From assembly GCF_963921235.1 (NCBI RefSeq), contig NC_086108.1:95854001-95918000 (forward strand): DNA of 64,000 nt. The letters run 5' to 3'. The notes beneath the pieces were generated by a model. The model saw only the letters and a program-made list of their open reading frames with translations. It had not been told where the DNA came from and made no database searches. The position numbers and the translations under genes were made by a program. Of this stretch, positions 38,895-51,182 are shown piece by piece. Source of the DNA: Mobula hypostoma. Its lineage: Eukaryota. Each line of letters starts with the position of its first letter. Position 1 is the first letter of the stretch.

Positions 38895-39720
38895 AGGAGG
38901 AGCTTAGGAGGGTAATGGCGCCTAAGAGCGAGTCCTTTGCTTGCATCTTCCGAAACAGCTCCATTTCCATCTTTAATATCTCTATTTTTCCCTTTCAGGA
39001 TTCTTTTGGAAACTCTGACCTGGAGTTACACGCTGACTAAAGTTCTTTGTGGGAATGGGACCCGTACTTAGGGTTTCACGAATGGCCGTTGTTTGGCATG
39101 CCAAGGGCTTGGCCTAAGAGCCTTGCTCACCTTCGGAGGACTGAGATTTTGTGGCTCTGGAGATTGGGGGAGGGGGGAATCAGAGGTCGGTGTCCGACCA
39201 GAAGACCGGTGCGTCATGGCAGATGGAAGATCTAAGGCTGTGTGCCTAGAAACCTGAAATCTTAGGGCACAGAGCCCGGAAAAAGTGACACAATGGACCT
39301 TTAACATCGTAAACCAGCGAGTGTTTTGTTATGTCTCCCCTCTTACTGTGAAATGGAGACAGCTCTTTCTCCCTTATTAGGGAGAGAGAGAGCCTGTGGT
39401 GTGGTGAACAAATAGTCTTTGGAGTACTGCAAGTCTGTGTCTTTGCCGTTGCTTTGCTCATGTTGACTGCTTGGTGGTGGGTGCCGATACTTTTTTTTGC
39501 TGGTGGGGGGAGGGGGGGATCGCTACTTGCTGCTGCTTATGTGCGGGAGAGAGTGAAGCTGGGGAGGACTTTGGGGTTCTAACATTTAACTGTCATACAT
39601 TCTTTGGGGGCACTCCTTTGTCTTCGTGCATGGTTATGAAGAAAAAGTATTTCAGGATGTATATTGTATACATTTCTCTGACATTAAATGTACCTTTAAA
39701 ACTTTTGAAACCTTTGAAAT
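38895..39720 (+). mobile_element. Probable non-autonomous retroelement
   Basis: Starts near aatggcgcc, CpG-richer than flanks, ends attaaa...acctttaaaacttttgaaacctttgaa short-repeat tail; no ORF. Confidence 0.45.
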
Positions 39721-40924
39721 AAAATGGCCATAAGCAAGAAGTTTTATGCCTCATTCTTAACTTCCAAAGAAGCTATGGATCACAAAAGTATCAGGAGCCA
39801 ACAGTGGAGTAGTCCACAGTGGAAACAACCTTCTCATTATGAACTTGCACTGCACTCCTTCTGTAGATTTTACATTTTATTCCGCATTGGTATTGTTTTA
39901 CCTTATTCCAGCCCAATGCACTGAGTAATGATTTGATCTGTAGGAACATTATGCAAGACAAGCTTTTCATTGTATCTTAGTACATATGACAATAATAAAC
40001 CAATAGCAGGTTTTGGTATGCTGGTCGGTGGAGTGAGTGCAAATGTATCTGCTTCCTGAAAGAACGAGCCTACTGGATTTGAATGCATGGACCTCTTTGC
40101 TAGGGAGTTTACCACCAGGTTTGTTTGTCTGGAAGGAAATCCTTTCAAGAGCATAATCAGAAGTCTACTAAAGCACAAGGTGTACCTCTACTCTACTCAC
40201 ATGTATCAGACTGACAATCGGAAAGGAAGGAGCAAGTCAGGATCCTGTTGGATGAGGATGGAGAGAGGGGAGAAGTTTACTTCCCCGCCAATGCTCGGAG
40301 AATACTGAAGCACCAATTCTATGGGCATGAAGAGACATGATGGTACCTGAAATGTCTGCAACAGCTGGCTGTACTGCAAGAGGTCCTTCAATAAAGTTCC
40401 CAATTCTGATGTTTGGTCTGAACAACAACGGAATCTCTCAACCATGTCTGTGTCCTTTTATGCATTGAGTTGCTTCCACATGATTGGCTGATTAGATTAG
40501 ACCATAAGACGTAAGAGCAGAATTATGCCATTAAGCCCATTGAGTCTGCTCCGCCATTCCATCATGATATTTGCAGTAATTAACATTGTGTCTAATTAAG
40601 TGGCCACCAAGTGGTCTGCGAGTAACAAGGGTGAGAGTAGCTCTTTACATGTGAGTCTTCTCTCAAATGGTGCACAGCACACAACGCCACATTCTTCCAG
40701 GTCAAACATCATAATAGCTGCAGCTAAAGCAAAGAGTGAATGAGCATTTAAGAATATGTTATTATATTTAAATATGAAAAATATACTGCTTTGGACCACA
40801 GTTATCACATTACATCATGAGCCACGGGTACAGCGTAGAATATAACAGCTGCTCTAACATGAACTTTGGAAAGGAAAGCAATCAATGTCGACACTGGGAT
40901 CAGGTTAAAAATCATATCATTTTA

Positions 40925-41449
40925 CAAGGGGTGATTGATAAGTTTGTGGCCTAAGGTAGAAGGAGTGAATTTTAGAAAACCCAGCACATCTATTTTTCAA
41001 CATAGTCCCCTCCTACATTTACACACTTAGTCCAGCAGTCGTGGAGCATACGGATCCCTTCTTTGTAGAAGTCGGCGTCTTGCATCTCCAGAAAGTGGTC
41101 CACAGCAGGGGTGATTGATAAGTTCGTGGCCTAAGGTAGTAGGAAATGAGTCGTACAGCTCTCATTACATGCACAGGCAGGTCAACTCTTTGAGTGATTA
41201 TGCAGAAAATTTGAAATTAATAACTCATCTCCTTCTACCTTAGGCCATGAACTTATCAATCACCCCTGCTGTGATCAACTTTCTGGAGGTCCAAGACACT
41301 GACTTCTACAAAGAAGGGATCCGTATGCTCCACGACCGCTGGACTAAGTGTGTAAATGTAGGAGGGGACTATGTTGAAAAATAAACGTGCTAGGTTTTCT
41401 AAGATTGACTCCTTCTACCTTAGGCCACAAACTTATCAATCACCCCTCG
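40925..41449. mobile_element. Mariner-derived foldback MITE with TA TSD
   Basis: TIR caaggggtgattgataagtttgtggcctaaggtagaagga / tccttctaccttaggccacaaacttatcaatcacccctcg; TA on both sides; arms carry mariner C-terminus FYKEGIRMLHDRWTKCVNVGGDYVEK* (41304-41384). Confidence 0.9.
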
Positions 41450-41564
41450 TAAGTGCACTGAAGAAATAACTTTACCCCTTGATTCAAATTGCCATGCACA
41501 ATAACAGAATAGAATGTAGATCGCAGTAGTTTCACAAGAGGTAAAAACTTTGTGAGTTTTACAA

Positions 41565-42450
41565 ATGAATGGAAGGGTGGGTTAGTAAGTTTGCAGATGT
41601 CATGAAGGTTGGTGGAGTTGTGAATAGTGTGGAGGGTTGTTGTAGGATGCAGTGGGAAATTGACTGGGAACAGAACTGGGCTGAAAAGTGGCAGATGGAG
41701 TTCAACCTTAAAACTATGAAATGACTCATTTTGGAAGGTCAAGTTTGAAGGCAGGCTATAGGGTCAACAACAGGATTCTTGGCAGTGCACAGGAACAGTG
41801 AGATCTAGGGATTCACATCAATAGATCCCTCAAGGTTAGTAAGAAGGTGTAAGGTTGCTGGAACTGAGATAATGTTGCAGCTCTATAAAATCCAGGTTAG
41901 ACCACACTTGGAATATTGTGTTCAGTTCTGGTTCCCTCACTAGAGGAAGGATGTGGAAGCTTTAGAGAGAGTGCAGAGGAGATTTACCAGGGTGCTGCCT
42001 GGACAAGAGAGCATGTCTTATGAGGATAGATTGAGTGAGCTAGGGTTTTACTCTTTTCTGCAAAGGAGAATGAGAGCTGACTTGATAAACGTGTAAGATA
42101 TTGAGGGGCATAGATCGAGAGGACAGCCGGAGACTTTTTCACAGGGCGGAAATGGCTAATACAAGGGGGCATATTGTTAATGTGACTGGAGGAAAGTACA
42201 GTATAGGGGAGATGTCAGAGGTAAGTTCTTTACACAGAGTTTGGTGGGTGCATGGAACGCACTGCCAGCAGTGGTGGTAGAAGCAGATACATTAGGGACA
42301 CTTCAGAGACTCCCCTTGAGTAGGCACACGGATGACTGAGAAATAGAGGGCTGTGGAGGAAGGAAGGGTTAGATTGATCGTAGAGCAGGTTAAAAGGTGG
42401 CATAACATCGTGGGCTGAAGGGCCTGTACTGTGCACAATGCTCTATGTTT
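41565..42450 (+). mobile_element. Degraded CR1 RT-3' fragment
   Basis: gtaagtttgcagatg, tgggctgaaaagtggcagatggagttcaa and RPHLEYCVQFW motifs; ends ~30 bp from the exon 2 donor. Confidence 0.85.
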
Positions 42451-42480
42451 TATGAATCAGAAAAGAAGGAAAATCATTAC

Positions 42481-42566
42481 CAGAACTCCGGGAATCCATG
42501 CAGCAGTAGCATTAGTGGTTTTCCCCTTTCTCCTGCAGCAACATAGTGGAATCTTAATCCAGACTC
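42481..42566 (-). CDS. EPHX4: EPHX4-like epoxide hydrolase, coding exon 2 (86 nt)
   Basis: Minus strand ...ttccag|GAG TCT GGA...TTC TG|gtaatg; translates [28 protein letters not shown](W), with the HGFP oxyanion-hole motif; near-identical to the vertebrate EPHX4 sequence as I recall it. Confidence 0.95.
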
Positions 42567-43684
42567 CTGGAAATTCAGACAGAGGTTGGAAACCAATTAG
42601 AATAAGTCAACAGTTTTACAAGTGAGAGTGCATTTTTTTTTACTGTTTCTGCACAGACAGGTATGACTTTATCCTCTCCACAGAGTGTACAGTTACCAAA
42701 GTACACCAACTGCATTGATAGATCAGGTCGCCAGGAGAGAATGAAACTGAGAAGCAAAGAATTGTTATTCTTCCTAATCTCTAAGGGGTCAAAATGGAGG
42801 AAAGCTTTCAGTCGATTAACAACCACTCATTAACTGAGAGCATTAACAAGGCTTGTTTGGAGACACGTTTAGGAATGTATTCTATTTTACAGAATGGTCC
42901 AACGAGCCTGCACTACCTGATTATACCCACGTGAGCTACTAACCTACTAATCCAGATGCCTTTGGAATATGGGAGGAAATTGGAGCACCTGCAGGGGTAC
43001 ATTCACAGGGAGAGCATACAAACTCCTAAAGACAGTGGCAGGAATTGAACTTGGGTCACTGACACTGGAATAGCACTACACTAACACTACACTACCATGC
43101 AGCACCCCCCCCAGACTTAATTGTTTTTAAGACCCAGGCAGTACTGGTAGGGCATAGTTTATTGACCATCCTGACAGGGCAAGATTAATGGCTGTCTTCC
43201 CTAAAAGACACAAATGGAATATCTGATTTTTGTTTGCGGTAATCTGGTGGATCTTACAGTCACTCTTTCCCACAAAGTTTGAAGGATACTTAAGTATTAT
43301 ATCAATCAAGGAATATGGAGATAGTTCAGGCAAGTGGCAGAGGCAAAGTGTCAGCCATGATCTGACTGAATGATGGAGTTCTCATCTTCTCACTGATATT
43401 ATGTTTCCTAGTGCTGGCCCAATATCATATTTGTAAAACTAACTTATTCACATGCTCTCATTGTAAGATTAGATGCTACTATTCTGACACACAGTCAGAA
43501 AACACTGGCATCAGGCTGGAATGTGTTAAAACAGACTTCTTTCATGGCCATGTAATTATTCTCCTAGTCTCTAGGGGAGCAATTAGTCTGGCAGTGCAAG
43601 TCCAGTCTAGCATCTAGTCTGGCAACCAGCAGTGATGGTCTAGTGTATCATCTAGTCTGGCAAGCAACTTTGATGGTCCAACTT

Positions 43685-44165
43685 GTGGAATGAGGAAACC
43701 ATAGAAAGGGTGCAGAGGAGATTTACAAGGATGTTTCCTGGATTGGGGAGCGTGCCTTATGAAAACAGGTTGAGTGAACGCTGCCTTTTCTCCTTGGAGC
43801 GACGGAGGATGAGAGGTGACCCGATAGAGGTGTACGAGATGATGAGAGGCATTGATCGCGTGGATAGTCAGAGGCTTTTTCCCAGGGCTGAAATGGCTGC
43901 CATAGGAGGGCACAGTTTAAAGGTGCTTGGAAGTAGGTACAGAGGAGATGACAGGGGTAAGTTTTTTATGCAGAGGGTGGTGAGTGTGTGAAATGGGCTG
44001 CCGGCAACGGTGGTGGAGGCAGGTACGATAAGGTCTTTTAAAAGACTCCTGGATAGGTACATAGAGCCCTGGGTGACCCTAGGTAATTTCTAAGGTAAGG
44101 ACATGTTCGGCATAGCATTGTGGGCCGAAGGACCTGTATTGTCTGTAGGTCTTCTATGTTTCTAA
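43685..44165 (+). mobile_element. CR1 3' fragment
   Basis: IERVQRRFTRMFPGL...MRGDPIEVY; tail ctatgtttcta. Confidence 0.85.
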
Positions 44166-47069
44166 CTTTAGCTGTTTGGCATGGCATAGATTTTTCTTTT
44201 CAATATTTTTATTATTAATTTCAACATAGAAGAATACAGAGTACAAGAAGTATATACTATAAGTCAAAAAAGATAAAATAATACCAATACATATTTGAAT
44301 CACACCTGCAACCTCATTACTCTATATTTACGTAAATTAAATTAAATCATAATATTGAAATATGATGATTTTATTATTATTAATATAATAATAAAAAATT
44401 TTAAACCCACTACCAAGATCAAAGCTGCTTGGTAAAGAAAGAAAGAAGGAAAAAAATCCTTATCATATAGTGAAAAATGTTATTAGCCAACATATGTACT
44501 TTAACAACAAATCAAAGATTTTGAAAATAGTTCAAAAGTGGTCCCCACAATGTGTGAAAGTCTTGGCTAGATTCAGAAATTGAACAATGGATCTTTTCTA
44601 AATTTAAATATGACATAATATCATGTAACCATTGAGCGTGAGTAGGCGGAACGGTATCCTTCCATTTAAGCAAGAGTGTCCTCCTAGCTATAAGAGAAAT
44701 AAAAGCCAAAATGTGCACATCAGATGTCTCCAGAATAATACCTTTTTCTCTAACAATACCGAATAAATCAGTCAGAGGGTTAGGCTTAAAATTTACTTTG
44801 AAAAGTATAGAGAAAGTTTGAAATATTTCCTTCCAGTATTTCCCAGGACTTGGACATGTCCAAAACATATGAATGAATGAAGCATCTCCATTATTACATC
44901 TATCACAAAAGGGAGCTATATCCAAATAAAAACAAGATAGCTTATCCTTGGTCATGTGGGCCCTATGGACCACTTTAAATTGTAAGAGGGAGTGGCGGGC
45001 ACATAACGACGAAGTGTTAACCAATTAAAAAATTTCATTCCAAGTTTCCTCAGAAATTGAAGTCTGTAAATCTTGTTCCCAAAGATTTTTAATTTTGTCT
45101 AAAGGAGCATTTCTCATTCCCAGCAACATACCATAAATATTAGATATTGAACCATTATGAAATGGTTTCAAATTAAAAATTACATCTAGTAAGTTCTTAT
45201 CGGGACTTTTAGGAAATGTATATAATTGAGATCACAGAAAGTCTCTAATTTGTAGATATCGCAAAAAGAGGGTTTTTGGTAAGCTATACTTAGCTGACAA
45301 TTTCTCAAACGAAAAGAGACATACTCCACAAACAAATCCTGGAAGCCATTAATACCCAATCTATCCCATTCTTTTAAAACTAGATCGGTCATAGAAGGTT
45401 TAAAAAAAATAATTAGAGAAAGTAGGACTAGAAAGAGAAAATCTCAATAAAGCAAAATATTTTCTAAATTGTACCCAGATCCTCAAAGTATGTTTAACTA
45501 CCAAATTGTCAGTTAGTTTACTTAAAGATAAAGGAAGTGAGGATCCAAGAAGAAAAATGATTAGAAAATTTATTAACAGAGTTAGCTTCTAAAGAGACCC
45601 ATACTGGACAGTCCTCACGGTTAATATAATATGACCAAAACGTAAGGTTTCATATATTGACTGCCCAGTAATAAAACCTAAAATTGGGTAAAGCTAAACC
45701 TCCATTCTTTTTAGTTTTTTGAAGATGAACTTTATTTAATTGAGAATGTTTATTTTTCCATATATAAGAAGATAGAATAGAATCAAGAGAACCAAAAAAA
45801 GATTTAGGAATGAAAATGGGTAAGGCCTGGAAGAAGTATATAAATTTAGGTAAGATATTCATTTTAGTAGGATTAATTCAGCCAACCAACGAGAACGAAA
45901 GGGGCGACCAGTTTGATAGTGACCCTTTTAACATAATTCAGTAGGGTAAGAAAACTTTCGTTAAGTAGATGTTTATAATTCTTAGCAATTGTTACACCCA
46001 AATAGGTAAATTGATTTCTTACAATTTTAAAAGGAAGGTTAGTATTGATTGATACCAAATTATTCAAAGGAAAAAGTTCACTCTTATGTAAATTCAGTTC
46101 ATATCCTGAAAACTGACTAAAACAGGAAAGCAAAGCAAGCACAGGAGGTAACGAAGTATCGACGTTAGAATTAAAAAGCAATAGGTCATCAGCATAGAGC
46201 AAAACTTTGTGGGTAGTACCTCTTCTTAAAATACCAGTAATATCATTAGATTCTTGAAAAGCAATGGCTAAGGGTTCTAAAGCCAGATCAAAGAGCAAAG
46301 GGCTCAGGGGACAACCTTGTCTAGTTCCATGTTGAAGTTTAAATGGTTTGGAATTCTGAAAATTAGTAAGAACCCGAAAAGAAGAAGATAAATAAAGTAA
46401 TTTAATCCATTGAATGAAATCGGGCCCAAAATTAAATTTTTCTAAGGTTCTAAATAAATAATTCCATTCAACCCGAGCGAAAGCCTTCTCAGTGTCGAAG
46501 GATGTCACGCATTCCGATATCTCCTTAGAAGGAGAATAAATAACATTTAATAAACGATGAATATTAAAGTGGGAATATCGATTTTTAATAAATCCAGTCT
46601 GATCATCAGAATTGATAGATGGTAAATTATTTTCAATCCTACGAGCTAGAACCTTGGATAGGATTTTAGTATCAACATTAAGTAAGGAGATTGGTCTATA
46701 TGAAGAACATTCAACTGGATTCTTATTCTTCTTAAGAATAAGTGAAATGGAAGTTTCATAAAAAGATTGTGGCAACCTACCCAACTTAAAGGAATCCGAA
46801 AAGACTGAACATGAGGTACAAGTAGTGAGGAAAAAGCCTTATAGAATTCTCCAGAAAATCCATCAGGACCCAGAGCCTTCCCTGATTGCAATGAACGTAC
46901 AGCCTCGGCAACTTCCTCATAAGAAATAGGTTGATTCAACTGTTTTCAGTTATCATCAGAAAGTGCAGGAATGTTTAATTGGTCTAAAAAATGATTCATT
47001 GCATTAATATCTTTATGAGGGTTGGAACTATAAAATTTAGAATAAAATTCCCTAAAGGCATCATTAATT

Positions 47070-47403
47070 AATTTTTTTTGGCATGTGCGTGCGTGCGTGT
47101 TCGTCTGCGTGTGCGTGCGTGTGTACATGCGTGCATCAGTGTGCATGCGATGTTGGTGGGATGATGTATTTTTCATGCCTTTACAAGGCGCAGAGTGAGA
47201 GAGAGAGAGACTGTGTGGTGCACCACTCCTCACACAGACATTTCGTAGTATTTTTCCCTTTATTTTACGAGGTCCAGTTGCAATCTTGACACTCAACCTG
47301 GCACGGATGGAAAGCGTACTTGGGAGTGGCTCTGATGGGATTCGAACCCGGGAACCTTCATTCCAGAATCCGGCACTGATGTCATTGCACCACCAGCCGG
47401 CCC
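47070..47403 (-). mobile_element. tRNA-derived SINE with poly(A) tail and 14-bp TSD inside L1 ORF2
   Basis: A-box tggtgcaatga and B-box ggttcgaatcc on minus strand; (gcac)n then A8 tail; TSD aggcatcattaatt at 47056-47069 and 47404-47417. Confidence 0.88.
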
Positions 47404-48977
47404 AGGCATCATTAATTTCTAATTGGTCAGTTGTCCTATCACCATTAGCTTTGCAAATTTCTTTAATTTGCCATTTAGCTATAAAGGTTTTTAACTGGTT
47501 AGCCAACAATTTACCTGTCTTATCTCCATGAATATGAAATTGACTTTTATCTTTTAAGAGTTGAGTTTTGATTGGATAAGTTAAAAGAAGATCATATTTA
47601 GTTTTAATTTCAACACACCTTTTATATAAAGCAGGATCTGGAGCCAAGGCATATTTTTGGTCTAATTGTTTCAACTCATTAGCTAATTCAATTCTCTCTT
47701 TATTAGCTTTTTTTCTTAACACTTGCAGTATAAGAAATAATTTGTCCTCTAATATAAGCCTTGAAGGCATCCCATATAATAAGACTAGAAGTCTCTTCCA
47801 GCGTATTCTCTTCAAAAAAAGGAATAATTCGTCTCTCCAGAAACGTAAAAAAATCCTCATCAGATAGCAAAGTTAAAGTAAAACACCAAAACCTACTTAT
47901 TTGAGGGAGACTAGGGAGACTTAAAGATAAAAGCACAGGAGCATGATCTGAGACAGCAATCTCTTTATATTCACAGGATCGAATTAATGGAATCATTTGA
48001 CTATCAATAAAAAAATCAATCCTGGAATGTGTGTGATGGACATGAGAAAAAAACGAATACTCCTTGTCTACTGGATGTAAAAGACACCAGACATCAACAA
48101 CACCACATATCATTAGAAAAGATTGAATAAACAAAGCTGATTTATTAAGTGTCGCTGGTTTAGAAGATGACCGGTCTAAAACTGGATCTAATCAGCAATT
48201 AAAGTTTCCTCCCATCACCAATGAATAAAGACTCAAATCTGGCAAAAACGGAAAAAAAAATGCTCAAAGAATCCTGGGTCATCTATATTAAGGGCATACA
48301 GATTAGCAAATACCATTAATTTATTATCTAATTTTCCTGACACTATAACAAAACGGCCATTAGCATGAGGTACTAATTTATGTTGGACGAAGGGAACTGT
48401 GTTATCCATAAAAATTGAAACTCCCCTAGACTTAGTCTGAAAAGAGGAATGAAAATCTAGTCCTCTCCATCAGCAAAAAAGGCGTAAATTGTCACATTTA
48501 TGTACGTGAGTTTCTTGCAAAAAATAATTGCGAGCTTAAGTTTTTTAATATAGGCAAAAATCTTATTTTGTTTCACAGGGTGATTTAATCCTTTCACGTT
48601 AAGACTAAGTAAGTTAATAGTTTGATCCATTTTTAATACTATTTAAAAGAAAGGTTAGAGTAACGACCACTGGAATGTATATTAAAACCAAACCTTGAGA
48701 TAGGGTAACCAAGCAACAGATTTGGCTAGAAGTCCAAAACACAGTCCAGAAAAAAATCCATCCCCCCCACCGCCCCGCAAAGTCAGAAAGCCGGCCAATA
48801 GACAGTCAGCAGCTACAACTACCATCCCCCCAAAAACCCACTGGTTTGGCTCAAAATTAATTTCAAGGTTAGCTGCATTCCAACCGAGACAAAACAGCAG
48901 ACAGAAAGAAAAAAACTTAACCCTCATAACAAAAACACATATAAATTATTAGTTTCAAAATGAAAAAAATGAAAAAC

Positions 48978-50381
48978 TGTCACAATGGCGGGGGCATTGG
49001 GAGCAAGGGTAGACCCAAATGCAAGACACATCTTGTGAGGTTAATTATATTTAGTTTATTGTTTGATACCAGGAGAGCAAGGCAGGAGCAGGAATAGCGA
49101 CCTGGACAAGGACTCAGGCCTACGACTAGGCTGGGACTAAGGGTCTGGGCTTGGACTCGGAATCGGATCCCCAGAACAAGAGGAGACATGAAGAGGCTAC
49201 AGTATGGACTCCGAGCCAGAGACTGGGCAAGGACCCAGTACCTGGGTCTTGTCCCGGGCTCGGACCCCAGAACCAGGCATGGACATGACATAGGCTGGGG
49301 AGAGGAGGAACATGGAAAAACAGAGCCTCGGTCTTGGGAGAGCAGGTACTTGGAACCATGGACAGATACACAGAACACAGAGTCGGGACCCCTCCTTGGG
49401 TACAGGACATAGGGCCGGGACTCACACACAGAACAGAGAGCCGGGACCCCTCCTTGGGTACAGGACATAGGGCCGGGACTCATGATCCCCCGCGGGGCAA
49501 CGGCAAGATGGCCTGACTTACCCCACGGAGGTGAGGACAAGACAAGACCAACACGAAAGAACACCAGACAGTACCTATCTAGCTCTGGCAATAGAACTAG
49601 ACTGAAGAGCAGGCGAGGGCTGCAGATGAGGGCTAGAGGTGAGAGGGGCAGAGAAGGGATTCAGACGGGGGGTAGTGCAGGAATCACAGATCGCCAGGGC
49701 CAGGACTTGACTCGGAACTGGGAAGCCGCCAGGGCCAGGATTTGACTCGGTACTTGAATGCCACCAGGACCAGAACTTGACTTGGTACTTGAATGCCGCC
49801 AGGGACAGGACTTGATTTGGTACTTGAATGCCGCCAGGGAGAGGACTTGGACGTGGTACTTGGATGCCACTGGAGCCAGAACTTGGACGTGGTACTTGGA
49901 TGCTGCCAGAGCCAGGACTTGGACGTGGTAATTGGATGCCACCGGAGCTAGGACGTGGTACTTGGAACCTCTGGGTAGTGGCGAGCTCTAGACTCTGCCC
50001 AGGAACAGTAGACAGCGGCTCCTGATTCTCTCCGGCGGGTTAACTGATGGACCCACCTTGATGAGGAAACTTTGCAGGCTCGCTTCAGCGAGGTAACTGG
50101 ACAGGGTTGTTCCGGTGAGGAAGGGCGAATTACCAGCACTTGCTTTGGCAAAGACTAGGCTTGCTCTGGCCAGATGACATCGGCACACCGTACCTTTGAT
50201 GACTTTGCAGACGCTTCCGCACTGAACGGCTGAAAGCCGGAGACTATAAGCTACCAGTTCAGCTGAGCGTTAATTGCCTCTAATCACCAAAACCGAGGGA
50301 CACGGGAATACAGGGAATCAACGGCCCGGATCGTAACATAAACAAGGTAAATTTAAAGGGACCCCAATCCGGACCATGACA
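48978..50381 (-). mobile_element. Solo LTR (Gypsy-like) in the L1 inter-ORF region
   Basis: TGTCA...TGACA termini; flanks aaaac / aaaat; minus-strand aataaa followed by tgcatttgggtc near the 3' end; GC-rich relative to the AT-rich L1. Confidence 0.75.
49699..49968. repeat. ~33-bp minisatellite inside the LTR
   Basis: About 8 diverged units of aggacttggacgtggtacttggatgccgccagagcc; also a ~60-bp tandem duplication at 49368-49482. Confidence 0.85.
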
Positions 50382-50963
50382 AAAATACCTATATTAAGCT
50401 TTATTGATAAAGCAAAACCTCAAGAAGAATAAGTATAATATAAAATAATAAAAAACCTTTCAAAATTCAAAACACATGAACACACAAGGTGTTAACTCGT
50501 TAGAATCTTATTCTCTAAATAAAGCATTAAAAGATTCAAAATGAGAGTTAGCTACAAAGGTTTACCAAAAGTAAAAGAAGCAATTATTTATGTAGAAAGA
50601 TACTAAACAGTTAATCTTCTGATTTAAAAAATTCCTGAGCCTCTTCACTTGAAGGGAACCATTCCTCAGAGCCATCCCTCAGTATAATTCTGAGCCGAGC
50701 AGGATAACGAAGAGAAGGCTTGAAACCTTTGTTAAAATGTTCCAACATAACCTTTTTGAACTTAGCATGCTCATTCATTATCTCGGGTGAGTAATCCTCG
50801 TTCCTTTGTTTGAAATTCATGAAAACAGATTATTATTGATCTGGGTCTCGCTCCTGGAGCTGGTCTGGGCACAGGCAATCTATGAGCTTGGTCAATCATA
50901 GGTAAAGATGTTAAAATTTTAGGAAATGATTGTACCAAAAAGCTTGCAAAGAATTCCGTAGAC

Positions 50964-51182
50964 ACAAGGAATTCTGCAGATGCTGCAAATTCAAGCAACA
51001 CACATCAAAGTTGCTGGTGAACGCAGCAGGCCAGGCAGCATCTCTAGGAAGAGGTACAGTCGACGTTTCGGGCCGAGACCCTTCGCCAGGACAGAAGAGT
51101 CTCGGCCCGAAACGTTGACTGTACACCTTCCTAGAGATGCTGCCTGGCCTGCTGCGTTCACCAGCAACTTTGATGTGTGTTG
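50964..51182. mobile_element. Young Penelope-derived inverted-repeat insertion with 16-bp TSD inside L1 ORF1
   Basis: ~88-bp near-perfect inverted arms 50996-51083 / 51095-51182; TSD aaagaattccgtagac at 50948-50963 and 51183-51198. Confidence 0.88.

Noticed and set aside
47330..47403. tRNA gene
   Set aside because: A and B boxes are present, but the sequence continues into a SINE body with poly(A) and TSD; no convincing cloverleaf.
49699..49968. Regularly spaced ~33-bp repeats resembling a CRISPR array
   Set aside because: Units are head-to-tail without unique spacers, lie within an LTR in vertebrate DNA, and there are no cas genes.
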